DNA of 64,000 nucleotides from an uncultured Armatimonadetes bacterium (GTDB lineage Bacteria > Armatimonadota > Hebobacteria > Hebobacterales > Hebobacteraceae). Position 1 is the first letter of the stretch; every line of letters starts with the position of its first letter. The position numbers were made by a program, and so were the translations under genes. The DNA lies in the NCBI GenBank assembly GCA_963716175.1, contig OY970296.1, positions 4,160,001 through 4,224,000 of the forward strand, in the 5' to 3' direction. Below the pieces are notes generated by a model. The model searched no databases. It was given only the letters and a program-made list of their open reading frames with translations, and was not told where the DNA came from. Of the stretch, positions 20,057 to 30,551 are shown in pieces.

Positions 20057-21211
20057 ATGACAGAGACCATGATTGGGCCGTACACCGCGTTTGCGGCGGA
20101 GGAGATACTGGGGGAGGGGCCGGGGGAGCTTTCTTTCCGCAATCCGCGGTTTCATAGCCTCGCGGACTGGAGAGATCAGGCGAGGGCGAAGGCGCTCGGG
20201 ATGGTGGCGCAGCCGGACACAGGGGAGAGCCCGAAGGCCGAGGTGGTGAGGCGGACAGTGGTGGAGGGGGTGGAGGTGGAGCTGCTGCGCTGGCAGTTGT
20301 CTTTTGGGCCTCCCACAGAGGGAGTGTTCCTCAAGCCGGAGGGGGCCAAGGGGCCGCTGCCGGGCGTGGTGGCCTTGCACGATCACGGCGGCCTGAAGTA
20401 CTTCGGGTGGCGCAAGATCGCGGATGACGGGCGGCCGGTGCACCCGATCCTGCGGGAGCACCGGGACCAAGACTACGGCGGGCGGGCCTGGGCCAACGAG
20501 CTGGCGAAGCGGGGCTACGCCGTGCTCTGCCACGACTGCTTCCCGTTCGCCTCCCGCCGCATCCTGGTGTCACAGGTGGCGGAGCACTTGCGGTGGGGGA
20601 AGGCGAGGGATGTGACGGAGGCGGAGGAGAGCGAGGACATCGCCGCCTACAACCAGTGGGCGGCCCAGCACGAGCACATCGTCGCCAAAGTGCTGTTCGC
20701 GGCCGGCACCACCTGGCCGGGCATCTTCACCTTCGATGACCGGCGAGCGGTGGAGGTGCTGTGCGCGCGGCCGGAGGTGGACCCGGAGCGGATCGGCTGC
20801 AGCGGACTGTCGGGTGGAGGCTGCAGGACGCTCTTCCTGGGCGGCCTGGACCTGCGCATCAGGTGCGCCATCTGCGTGGGCATGATGACCACCTGGCGGG
20901 ACCTGGTAACCCGGAAGTGCGGGAATCATACCTGGATGATGTGGGTGCCGGGGCTGCCCAAGTACCTGGATTACCCCGAGATCCTGGGGCTGCGCGTGCC
21001 CCTGCCGACGATGGTGCTGAACAACAACGAGGACCCGCTCTTCACCCTCTCGGAGATGCACCGGGCCGATGGCATCTTGCGGGCGGTGTACGAGAAGGCG
21101 GGCGCGCCGGAGAGGTATGCCTGCCAGTTCTACCCGGGGCCCCACAAGTTCGATGCGCAGATGCAAGGGGACGCGTTCGCCTGGTTCGATCGGTGGCTGA
21201 AGAGGGAGTGA
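20057..21211 (+). CDS. Alpha/beta hydrolase (dienelactone hydrolase/acetyl xylan esterase-like)
   Basis: ALHDHGG, GLSGGG nucleophile elbow, EDPLF, GPHKF. Confidence 0.85.
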   Translation: MTETMIGPYTAFAAEEILGEGPGELSFRNPRFHSLADWRDQARAKALGMVAQPDTGESPKAEVVRRTVVEGVEVELLRWQLSFGPPTEGVFLKPEGAKGPLPGVVALHDHGGLKYFGWRKIADDGRPVHPILREHRDQDYGGRAWANELAKRGYAVLCHDCFPFASRRILVSQVAEHLRWGKARDVTEAEESEDIAAYNQWAAQHEHIVAKVLFAAGTTWPGIFTFDDRRAVEVLCARPEVDPERIGCSGLSGGGCRTLFLGGLDLRIRCAICVGMMTTWRDLVTRKCGNHTWMMWVPGLPKYLDYPEILGLRVPLPTMVLNNNEDPLFTLSEMHRADGILRAVYEKAGAPERYACQFYPGPHKFDAQMQGDAFAWFDRWLKRE

Positions 21212-21321
21212 TGGAGGGCTCGGGTCAGGACAGGAGTGTGTCTCCTGCGGGAGCCGGACCGAAGTCGAGCGGCGGGCATGCGGAGACATGCCCGCCCTAC
21301 AGAACGGCGCGGGCGTTGCGC

Positions 21322-22697
21322 ATGGAGGCAGGTTCAGCCCCGGTCGGCGATCCGGGGGCGTGGCCGGCCTTCTTCGATTTCCTGGCCGCGCCCCACGGCC
21401 AGGTCACGGCGCGGGTGAACAGCATCTACCTGGAGGTGGCCGAGGGCTGCAGCGAGGCGGTGCTGCGCAGTTTCCTGGCGGCAGCGCACGCGCGGGGCCT
21501 GAAGGTCGAGTTCCTCTACCGCGACGAGGACTGGCAAGCCGATCACCTGGCGGCCGCGAAGGCGGTGTGCGACAGGTATATCGAGGCGTTCAACCCCGGG
21601 GGCCCGGCGGCGGAGCGCTTTGACGGCATCCACCTCGCCCTGGAGGACTTGGGCCACTGGAGCCAGAGGGCCTTCCAGGGGTTGGTGCTCTACCTGCGCC
21701 AGAAGATCGAGTCCTACAACAGCAAAGGCGAGCACGGGATGACCCTGGCGGCTGACCTCGACTTCTCCTGGAGGGAGCGGGGAGATGACGCCAGTCCGCA
21801 GTTCTCCCACGCCATCGCCCAGTGCGATTATGTGGTGAGCCTGGCCTACCGGGACACGGCGGGGGCCCAGGTGAGCTGCGCGGTGCCACAGGCGCTGGCA
21901 GCGGCGCGGCAGAGGAAGGGATTCTGCATCGGAGCAGAGACTCGGCGGCTGATTGACCAGGACTTCGCCACCTACTACGAAGAGGGGTGGGAGTACATGG
22001 AGCAGGAGCTGGCGAAGCTGCCCGCTCTGCTCGCCGCCTCCGGAGGCGCCCTATCGGGGATCGCGCTCCACGACTACGAGTGCTATCGAAAGCTCCGGAG
22101 GGAGCCGCTGGTCAGCCCCTTCCCCGACGTCCGCGTAGACGCGTGGCCTTTCCCTATATCCTGGCCGCGCACCAGGCCGGGATCATCGGGGGCTATCTCG
22201 ACGGGAGCTTCCTGCCGACCCGGCTGGTGACGCGGGCCGATATGGCGGTGTTCGCCTCGCATGTCCTGGCAGGCGCGGGCCAGTTCCCCGAGGGGCCGGC
22301 GGCGCCCTCCTTCCCGGATGTGCCGACCACCCACTGGGTCTACAAGTACGTGGAATGCGCCAAGGCGAACCACGTCATCACCGGAGACCGCGACGGGCAG
22401 TTCCGCCCGGAGGCGGTCGTGAACCGGGCGGAGCTGGCGGTCTACATCGCCCGCGCGGTGGTGAGGCCCCCAGGCGAGGCCGGCCTTGCCGACTTCTCGC
22501 CGCCGGCGCAGCCGACTTTCCCGGATGTCACGGCCGACGGCCCCTGGTCCTGGTGCTACAAGCACGTCGAGTACCTGGCCGCGCAGGTGGTGGTGAGCGG
22601 CTATCCCGACGGCCGCTACCATCCGGAGGACCCGTGCCCGCGGGAGCAGATGGCGGTCTACCTGGCGAAGGCTCTCCGGCTCCCGGTGGAGGTGTGA
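21322..22697 (+). CDS. TIM-barrel-like domain plus three SLH domains (frameshift near 22146)
   Basis: AHARGLKVEFL, FDGIHL in ORF 20761; SLH repeats FPDVPTTHW..YVE, GYPDG in ORF 21987. One extra G restores WAFPYI. Confidence 0.72.
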
Positions 22698-22815
22698 CGG
22701 GCAAGCTCGCGCTTGGGGTGAAGACTGCGCATTGTTGGGGCGCTGCCGCAAGGAACCCGGGCGGGTGTGGGGAAGCGCGGCTGGCGAGCACTGAAGATCG
22801 GAGAGGTGGTTTGCC

Positions 22816-25020
22816 ATGAGAAGCGTCCGCGCCTTGGCTGCCGCGATGATGGCGTTGGGGGTGCTGCTGGCGCTGGCGCCGGCCGCCCCGGCGGCCGTGC
22901 CCAACCTGCTGCACAGCATTGACACCTCGGCCATGACCGGGGAGCAACTGGCGATGATGCTGAGCCTGCAAGGGATCGTCGCCAAGGCCGCCGCCGACGG
23001 GACACCCCAGATCTGGATCTCTGGCGAGATAGATCCGGACCTGTTGAACTACCTGTTCACCCAGTTCGGCATCATCTTCACGGTAGAGACGGACCCGCTG
23101 GCGGTGCTGAGCACGTTCGTTCCTCAGGTGAAAGGGTTCGAGCAGTGCGACCTCACCCTGCGGTCACTGAACGTGGCGTCGCCCCTGGCCGGCGTGGACA
23201 GCGCGGTGATAGCGGCCACCCAGGACCTGGCGGACACACTCTCCACCTTCCCCTTCAGCCTGCAGCTCAAGAACGACGTCACACAATCCAACGAGACCTT
23301 CTGGCTGGGGTCTAGCTTCTCCGAACTCAACCCGGCGCTGCTGATCGAGCTGGACCTGCTGGCGACCGGGCAGAGCCACCTGCGAGACGTGTCGGCCGCG
23401 CGAGAGGCCTTCACCTACACCGATAGCGCGCTGGACAGCACGTCGGTGCGGCGGGTGGCGATGGCCCTCACCGACGCGCACTCTCCGGTGCTGGGCTTCC
23501 CCGCGGACTCCAACGAGGTAGACTGGATCCGGACGGCGAGCGCGCTGCAGCATCCCGCGGTGCGGGCCGAGACCTGCCACGACCTCTCCGTGCTCTCCGG
23601 CATCTTGCAGGGTCAGACTCAGACCCAGCAGACGGCCTCCCACCTCTCCGGGCAGGTGACCACCACTGACGGGGTGCACTACGTGACCATGGTGATGGAT
23701 GGGGGGTGGGATATCGGGTGGACGCTGGACCTGTTCTATCAGCCCAACTGGTTCGGCAACTCCAATCGGGGCAACTTCCCGATGGGCTGGGAGATCTCCC
23801 CTGCGCTGCTGGACTGGGCCCCGCCGGCGCTGGCGTTCTTCTACTCCCAGGCCCGGGCCAATGACTTCTTCGTGGCCCCGCCCTCCGGCTTGGGCAAGCT
23901 CTACCCCGGCCTTTACCCGGATCTGGCGGGGTATGCCGCGCTGATGGGGCCGAAGGTGAAGCAGTCCGACCTGCGGGTGGTGAATGTGATGGGTGATGTG
24001 GGCGGAGTGCTCAGCGATGCCAGGCCCATCCTGGACCGCCCGGAGGTGATCGGGGTCTTCTACCAGACCAACAACGCGAAGGGCGACTACTACACCGGCA
24101 TCCAGGCCGGCACCTTCGACGTTGACAATGGCAAGGTGATCTGGCCCTACCGCTACGCGCTCTGGAACAACGGGATGGACGCCAACAGCGCCACCGGCAT
24201 CGCCAGCGCCATTCTCACTGACGCCAACCCCGGGAGCACCACGCCGCACCTCAGCCCCACCACCGACCCGCTCTCCTATTCGTTGATCGCGGTCTATCCG
24301 CTGGCCTACTGGGACGGCGACCCGGAGGGGTCCAGCATCATGGACACGGCGGCCAGTCTGGTGGCCCAGCTCCAGGCGAACCCAGCGGTCAAGATCATCT
24401 CTCCGGAGGAGTTCGCCTGGCGGCTGAGAGAGAACTTCGGCGACGGCGAGGGCGGGCCCAGGTTCTCGGACGTGCCCACCACCTTCTGGGCCTGGGAGGA
24501 CATCGAGGCGGTGGCGAAGCACGCCATCGCTTTGGGCTTCCCGGACGGAACCTTCCAGCCCAGCACCGCGGTGGACCGGGCGCAGATGGCCACCTTCCTG
24601 GCCCGCGCCATCGCGGGCGGTGATGCCAATGTGCCCAGCGGACCCGCGGTGCCGTCGTTCAGCGATGTGCCAACCTCGCACTTCGCCTATAAGTACATCG
24701 AGTTCTGCAAGGATGAGAAGGTGGTCTCCGGCTTCCCGGACGGGAGCTATCAGCCGGGTCTCGCCGTCAACCGGGCGCAGATGGCGGCCTTCCTGGCGCG
24801 GGCGAAGGTGGCACCCGAGGGCGATGCCGGCCTGCCGCCGGCGCCGCTGACCGCGACGTTCGCCGATGTGCCGACGGACTTCTGGGCCTTCCAGTACATC
24901 GAGTACGTCGCGGCGCAGGGCATCGCGCTGGGCTACCCGGGCGGGGTCTACCTCCCGGATCTGAACGTGAGCCGCGACCAGATGGCGGTGTTCATCGGGA
25001 GGGCGTTCGGCCTGATGTGA
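22816..25020 (+). CDS. Secreted GxGYxYP-family putative glycoside hydrolase with three SLH domains
   Basis: Signal peptide; SLQGIV; RGNFPMGWEISP; PSGLGKLYP; C-terminal FSDVP..WA..I SLH repeats. Confidence 0.82.
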   Translation: MRSVRALAAAMMALGVLLALAPAAPAAVPNLLHSIDTSAMTGEQLAMMLSLQGIVAKAAADGTPQIWISGEIDPDLLNYLFTQFGIIFTVETDPLAVLSTFVPQVKGFEQCDLTLRSLNVASPLAGVDSAVIAATQDLADTLSTFPFSLQLKNDVTQSNETFWLGSSFSELNPALLIELDLLATGQSHLRDVSAAREAFTYTDSALDSTSVRRVAMALTDAHSPVLGFPADSNEVDWIRTASALQHPAVRAETCHDLSVLSGILQGQTQTQQTASHLSGQVTTTDGVHYVTMVMDGGWDIGWTLDLFYQPNWFGNSNRGNFPMGWEISPALLDWAPPALAFFYSQARANDFFVAPPSGLGKLYPGLYPDLAGYAALMGPKVKQSDLRVVNVMGDVGGVLSDARPILDRPEVIGVFYQTNNAKGDYYTGIQAGTFDVDNGKVIWPYRYALWNNGMDANSATGIASAILTDANPGSTTPHLSPTTDPLSYSLIAVYPLAYWDGDPEGSSIMDTAASLVAQLQANPAVKIISPEEFAWRLRENFGDGEGGPRFSDVPTTFWAWEDIEAVAKHAIALGFPDGTFQPSTAVDRAQMATFLARAIAGGDANVPSGPAVPSFSDVPTSHFAYKYIEFCKDEKVVSGFPDGSYQPGLAVNRAQMAAFLARAKVAPEGDAGLPPAPLTATFADVPTDFWAFQYIEYVAAQGIALGYPGGVYLPDLNVSRDQMAVFIGRAFGLM

Positions 25021-25153
25021 GCAGGGGGGAAGGCGATTGCGGGCGGGAGGCAAGTCGCCAGACGCGGCTGAAGCTTGTCCCCGATGGTAACAGGCTGGGA
25101 GCCCGTGCTACCGAGGCCTGCCGCTGGCGGCGATCATGGTATAATCAGGCGCC

Positions 25154-25486
25154 ATGCGCGACTCCGGCACGCAGACATTCGAGGGCGAGCTTGACAGGGT
25201 AGTCGAGCGGATCGTGGAGGCGGTGCATCCCCTGCGCATCATCCTGTTCGGCTCCGCGGCTCGAGGCGAGATCGGGCCGGACAGCGACGTGGACCTGCTG
25301 GTGGTCATGCCGGAGGGGACGGACCAGCTCGATACGGCCGGATTCCTGCACACGCAGTTCCATGGGCTTGACGTGTCCGTTGACGTTCTCGTTGCCACTC
25401 CATCTATTCTCGAGCGCCACAAAGACAACATCGGTCTGATCTATCGCACCATCCTGAGAGAGGGGAAGGATCTGTATGCGGCCTGA
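25154..25486 (+). CDS. Minimal nucleotidyltransferase (MNT antitoxin family)
   Basis: IILFGSAARG...DSDVDLLVV...VDVLV. Confidence 0.9.
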   Translation: MRDSGTQTFEGELDRVVERIVEAVHPLRIILFGSAARGEIGPDSDVDLLVVMPEGTDQLDTAGFLHTQFHGLDVSVDVLVATPSILERHKDNIGLIYRTILREGKDLYAA

Positions 25487-25531
25487 GCCAGGAAGCCACG
25501 AGGACGGGAAGACACCAGGGAGGCTTCGATC

Positions 25532-26278
25532 GTGAAACTCCAGCTCCAGACTCGGGAGCGGATGGCACGGCGCGTCGCTGACCTGTCAGCAAGGTTCAGG
25601 GAATGTCTGGCGCGGTTCGGCGGTGGTGAGGAATTCGGGGGGCCGAGTCTTCACTTCCACCTAAGGGCGATCTCTCGCCTTCGATCCCACACAGACGCGG
25701 ACAGGGCGCTTGACGACGAACAGTACTTCGAATACGTGTACGCGGCCCTCACTTCCTGGGGGTTACATCGCATGGGTCCGGGAAACGCGAAGCTGACGGA
25801 TTTCAGCGGCTTCAGGCAAAGTGCGGGCGAGCTCTTCAGGCGGGCATCTCGATTCTTCGGACGGAGTGTACTTGACCTCGACGATCACGAAGTGGGCGAG
25901 GTCGCGGCAGTCATCGGCGATGCCATTGGTCGCCAGAGGGGTCTTACCAAAGCAGAATCAGTGCTGGTCGCCAATGCCAAGGCGATGCACCACTTTCTTC
26001 CCGACCTCGTGCCGCCCATCGACCACGCCTACACGCTGATGTTCTTCTTCCAGCGCACAACCCTCCCCGGTCCTGCTAGCGAGACCTTCGAGATGCTGTT
26101 TCCAAGGTTTGCCGAGATCGGCAAGAGTGCCGGCACCTTGATCCGAGAAGCCGTCACCAGGTCTAGCTCGCCCGCGGGGCCTTGTGGTTGGAACTCGGGT
26201 CATGCGAAAGTTGTCGACAACGCGCTGATCGGATGGATGCGTTTGTACGGCGCCAAGCGCCAGCCGCAGACACCTTGA
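25532..26278 (+). CDS. Hypothetical protein, possibly HhH/DNA glycosylase-like fold
   Basis: LTSWGLHRMG and AKAMHHFLPDLVPPID motifs; GGGAGG SD; GTG start. Confidence 0.6.
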   Translation: MKLQLQTRERMARRVADLSARFRECLARFGGGEEFGGPSLHFHLRAISRLRSHTDADRALDDEQYFEYVYAALTSWGLHRMGPGNAKLTDFSGFRQSAGELFRRASRFFGRSVLDLDDHEVGEVAAVIGDAIGRQRGLTKAESVLVANAKAMHHFLPDLVPPIDHAYTLMFFFQRTTLPGPASETFEMLFPRFAEIGKSAGTLIREAVTRSSSPAGPCGWNSGHAKVVDNALIGWMRLYGAKRQPQTP

Positions 26279-26397
26279 TAATCGGGGAGAAGCAAGTCGG
26301 CAGAGGCGGCTGAAGCTCCTGCCCAGCATTGCATCCGCGTTTATCGGCGTCTATCCGCCTTCGCTGGAAGCTACGGCGGACAAGTCGGCGGAGGGTC

Positions 26398-26682
26398 TTA
26401 CCCCGTGCGATAGTTGACCCCGAACCCACCCCGCGGGTAGCGCCACTCCAGGTTGTCGCACTCCTTGCAGGCGACGCGGCAGGCGCCGCATTCCAGGCAG
26501 CCCTCGAAGAAGACGGTGATCTGGTCGTTCTCCCAGCGGTAGGTGTTGACCGGGCAGACGTAGGTGCACTGCCGGAGCTTGCAGGTCTTGCACTTCTCCG
26601 GGTCTTTGATGCGGAGGTGCGATTCCGTATCGGGGCGGAAGCCGTTGAGGAAGAGTTTCTGCTCCAGGGTTAGTTGCTTCAT
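26398..26682 (-). CDS. fixX: Ferredoxin-like protein FixX
   Basis: CKTC...CTYVCP, GCLECGACRVAC, WRYPRGGFGV. Confidence 0.92.
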   Translation of the reverse strand: MKQLTLEQKLFLNGFRPDTESHLRIKDPEKCKTCKLRQCTYVCPVNTYRWENDQITVFFEGCLECGACRVACKECDNLEWRYPRGGFGVNYRTG

Positions 26683-26769
26683 ATCCTTCTCCCAGCGGCG
26701 GGCATAGGAATGCCCGCCCTACAAACGACCAACGGCCGGCGGGCATGGGGAGACATGGCCGCCCTACAG

Positions 26770-28075
26770 CTACGCGATAGAGCGCCAAGCGCCGTAGAAG
26801 TCCAGCGCCATCCGCCAGGGCATGCGGCGGCGCAGGGCCTCCCAGAATATCTTGCGCTGTTTGCTGCGCTTCGAAACCCCGTCCACGGTGAGCATCTGGC
26901 GGGCGGCCTCGTTCAGCAGGTCGGGGTAGAGGGTGAAGAACTCGGGATGCCGCTCGAAGAAGCGGGACATATTGCGGTACTTGTAGAGGTCCTTGTAGAT
27001 CCAGCTATCGCGGATGAGCTGGTTGTAGTAGCTCAGGCTCTCGGCGGAATAGTCTTTCCATTCCCTGGCCCGGAGCACGGCCTCGGCGGCCAGCTTGCCC
27101 GAGAGCATGGCCAGGTCTGACCCCTCGCGGTGCATGCTGTTCACCATCATGGCGGCATCGCCCACCACCAGCAGGCCGCCGGTGGAAAGCTTGGGCATGC
27201 CGTGGAGGCCGCCCTCGGGGATGAGGTGAGCGAGGTACTCTCTGGCCTCTCCGCCCTCCAGCAGGGGGGCGACGGAGGGATGGGCCTTCATATGCTCCAG
27301 CAAATCGTTGGGGGAGACGCCGCGGGCGATGAGCTGCGAAAGCAGCGCCCCGCAGCCGACGGAGAGCGATTCCTTATTGGTGTAGATGAAGCCGGTGCCC
27401 ACCATGCCCCAACTGGCGTCGGCGTAGAGCTCGATGGCGGCGCCCTCATCGCCGACCAGGTTGAACCGGTCCTGGATCACCTCTCGCGGGAGGGCGATCA
27501 CCTCCTTCACCGCGATCGCGACTTGATCCGGGTCCAGCTCCGGACGCAGCCCCACACTCTGTGCCAGCAGGGAGTTGACGCCATCGGCAGCGATCACGAC
27601 ATCGGCGTAGAGGTCGCCATCAGGGCGGCCAGTGTGCACGCCGACCACGCGCTCGCCCTCGATGATGGGGGCCTCGACAACGGTCTCGGGGATGACGCAG
27701 CGCGCCCGCGGCCCTGACCTGCTGGCCCATCCACTTGTCGAAGCGCGCGCGCATCACGGTGAAAGCATTGTGGGGCGCCTCCGCGAAGGCCTGGTGGCGG
27801 TGGCCGAACTTGAAGGCGGCCCTGTCAGTCAGCACCCAGGCGCGCTGCTCGACGAGGAAGCGCTCCAGCGGGGCCTCGCGCCAGAAGTCGGGGAAGATCT
27901 CCTCCGTGGGCTGACGATAGAGCACGCCGCCCATTACGTTCTTGGAGCCGGGGAAGTCGCCCCGCTCGATCACCGCGACATTCAGGCCGGCCTTGGCGAG
28001 CAGATAGGCGGCCGAGAGCCCGGCGGGCCCGGCGCCGACCACGATGACATCGAACTTCTCTCCCCGATCGCTCAT
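26770..28075 (-). CDS. fixC: ETF:quinone oxidoreductase FixC (frameshift near 27698)
   Basis: IVVGAGPAG, ERGDFPGSKNVMGG in ORF 27620; ADGVNS, AHLIPEGG, VGDAA, HREGSDLAM in ORF 26770. Confidence 0.9.
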
Positions 28076-29403
28076 GACTGCTGCCCCTCCGCGGCGGGCG
28101 CGCCCGGTGCGGTCTGCTGCCGGAGCGCGCAAGGCAGCCGCGCCAGGCAAGCGCGGGTGAGCGCGGGCACGATCTCATTGACATCCCCCACGATCCCGAA
28201 CGTGGCCACCCCGAAGATGGAGGCATTGGGGTCGCGGTTGATGGCCACGATCACATCAGAGGTCTGCATGCCCACCAGGTGCTGGATGGCGCCGCTGATG
28301 CCGCAGGCGATGTAGAGCCGCGGGCGAACCGTTTTGCCGGTCTGGCCCACCTGGCGCTCGTGCGCGATCCAGCCCTGGTCCACCGCCGCCCGGGAGCCGG
28401 AGACGCAGCCGCCGATGGCGTCGGCCAGCCCCTGGAGCATCTGGAATCCCTCCGGCCCACCGAGGCCGCGGCCGCCGGAGATCAGAGTGCTGGCGTCCTC
28501 GATGCGGGTGACCTCGGTCGCCTCTTCTCTGACGTATTCCAGGATGCGCACCAGCACTTCGCTCTCGGCCAGGCCCAGCTGGTCTCGCACCACCTCGCCG
28601 GTATGGGCCTCATTGCGCGGCGGCAGGGCCATCACGCGAGGCCGGACGCTTGCCATCTGGGGCCGGCGCTGCTCGCAGAGGATGGTGGCCATGATGTTGC
28701 CGCCGTAGGCGGGGCGGGTCTGCTCCAGGAGCTTGCTCTGCGGATCTATGCTGAGGCCGGTGCAGTCCGCGGTGAGGCCGGTCTGGAGGCTGGTGGCGAC
28801 GGCGCCAGCGAGATCGCGGCCCATGGTGGTGGCGCCGAGCAGCATCACCTCGGGGCGGTACTTCCGGGTGAGGCGGATCATGCCGTGCAGGTAGGCCTGG
28901 GTGCGGTAGTGGGACAGGACTGGATCGTCAACCAGGTAGACCTTATCTGCACCATAGGCGAAGGCTTCCTTGGCGAGGGCGTCAACCTGATGGCCCAGCA
29001 GCACCGAGCACACTCGCCCGCCAAGCGCATCGGCCAGCTCACGGCCCTTGCCCAGCAGCTCCCACGAGACCAGAGCGGGGCGGCCGTCGCTGTGCTCCAC
29101 AAAAACCCAGACCTCGGGGGCCGGCCCTTTGCCGACGACGGCGGCCGCCGCGGCTTTCACCGCCTCCGGGGCCGGCACTCCGACGGTCGGAGCCTCCGCT
29201 GCCTTCGGGGCCTCGCCGCTCATGGCGACCGCGGAGGCGGGACAGATGGGGACGCACTTCTCGCAGCCGATGCAGAGGGTGGGGTCCACTACCGCGATGC
29301 CATTCTCCATGCGGATGGCATCAACCGGGCAGACCGCCAGGCACTGCTCGCAGCCGATGCAGCCTTCGCGGGTGATGATGGCGATGCGGGGTTGCTCAGA
29401 CAT
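28072..29403 (-). CDS. fixB: ETF alpha subunit (FixB) with N-terminal 2x[4Fe-4S] ferredoxin domain
   Basis: CIGCEQCLAVCP, CIGCEKCVPICP; TGLTADCT; QVGQTGKTV; GISGAIQH. Confidence 0.93.
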   Translation of the reverse strand: MSEQPRIAIITREGCIGCEQCLAVCPVDAIRMENGIAVVDPTLCIGCEKCVPICPASAVAMSGEAPKAAEAPTVGVPAPEAVKAAAAAVVGKGPAPEVWVFVEHSDGRPALVSWELLGKGRELADALGGRVCSVLLGHQVDALAKEAFAYGADKVYLVDDPVLSHYRTQAYLHGMIRLTRKYRPEVMLLGATTMGRDLAGAVATSLQTGLTADCTGLSIDPQSKLLEQTRPAYGGNIMATILCEQRRPQMASVRPRVMALPPRNEAHTGEVVRDQLGLAESEVLVRILEYVREEATEVTRIEDASTLISGGRGLGGPEGFQMLQGLADAIGGCVSGSRAAVDQGWIAHERQVGQTGKTVRPRLYIACGISGAIQHLVGMQTSDVIVAINRDPNASIFGVATFGIVGDVNEIVPALTRACLARLPCALRQQTAPGAPAAEGQQS

Positions 29404-29482
29404 GATCTTTCATCCCTGATTGGGGATTTGAGATCCGAGATCTCAGAGGGATTGCGGTGCAGGGCTGCTCAGACATGATCTC

Positions 29483-30298
29483 TCATCCCTCGACCACGCC
29501 TCCGGCAATGAGGCGATCCAGCAGCTCATTGGCCACCCGGTCGGCATCCCCGTCCACGGAGATGATATCGCCGCCGGTCCGCTGAGGCGGGGCGAAGATA
29601 CGGCGGACCTGCGTAGGCGAGCCGGCCAGGCCCACCTCATCCGGGCTGGTATCAACCTGCTTGATGCCCCAGACCGGCACCGGGGTGCGCAATCCTCGGA
29701 TGAGGGCTGGCAGCGACGCATAGCGCGGCTCGCCGATCTCCTTGAGCACGGTGAGGACCACAGGGAGGGGCGCCTCCAGCACCTCCTCGGCGCCCTCCAG
29801 AATCCGCCGTACCCGAATGCGGCGCTGCTCCAGGTCCACCGACTCAACCTTGCCGACATAGGTGAGCTGGGAGAAGCCCAGCCGGGTGGCGATGCCGGGG
29901 CCGACCTGGGCGGTGTCGCCGTCAATGGTCTGCTTGCCGCAGATAACGATATCAACGGGCTGCTCCTTCGTGAGGGCGCGGATGCCGGCGGTGAGGGCAG
30001 CGGAGGTGGCGAGAGTGTCGCTGCCGCGGAAGGCGCCGTCGGTGAGCAGTATGGCGCGGTCCGCGCCATAGGAGAGGCCTTTCTGAAGGGCTTCGACGGC
30101 CTGCGGCGGGCCCATGGAGAGCAGGCTGACGACGCCGCCATAGGTCTCCTTGATCTGCATGGCGGCCTCGATGGCGTGGAGGTCGAAGGGGTTGATGATG
30201 GCCGGGATCCCCTCCCGCACCAGGGTGTTGGTCTCCGGGTCAATGCGGACCTGAGTGGTATCGGGCACTTGCTTGATGCAGACGACAGTATGAAGCAT
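29483..30298 (-). CDS. fixA: ETF beta subunit (FixA)
   Basis: VCIKQVPDT, INPFD, SMGPPQA, GSDTLATS, GKQTIDGDTAQVGP. Confidence 0.93.
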   Translation of the reverse strand: MLHTVVCIKQVPDTTQVRIDPETNTLVREGIPAIINPFDLHAIEAAMQIKETYGGVVSLLSMGPPQAVEALQKGLSYGADRAILLTDGAFRGSDTLATSAALTAGIRALTKEQPVDIVICGKQTIDGDTAQVGPGIATRLGFSQLTYVGKVESVDLEQRRIRVRRILEGAEEVLEAPLPVVLTVLKEIGEPRYASLPALIRGLRTPVPVWGIKQVDTSPDEVGLAGSPTQVRRIFAPPQRTGGDIISVDGDADRVANELLDRLIAGGVVEG

Positions 30299-30551
30299 CA
30301 CGAGATTCCATTCAGCCGCGGGTAAGAGCCGCAACACCCCTGCGGCTCTGGCGCCATGCTTCTGCGGGGGGTCGGGAAGACCTTCTCGGATCCGGCGGAG
30401 TCCTCCGATATTCTACCCGGCGGGAGCCCGACGAGAAACAGCACTGCCGGCGGCGATGCGCCCTGCTCCGCTCCGCTGTGCAGGACGCATGGCCGCCCTA
30501 CAACGGCCGGGCGCGGGGAGGGCGGAAGGCTCAGGGGGCGAAAGACGCGCC

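Noticed and set aside
23164-25053. Long antisense ORFs (also 39967-41319, 48034-49431 and the 5' part of 61401-63416)
   Set aside because: Typical stop-poor reverse frames of GC-rich genes
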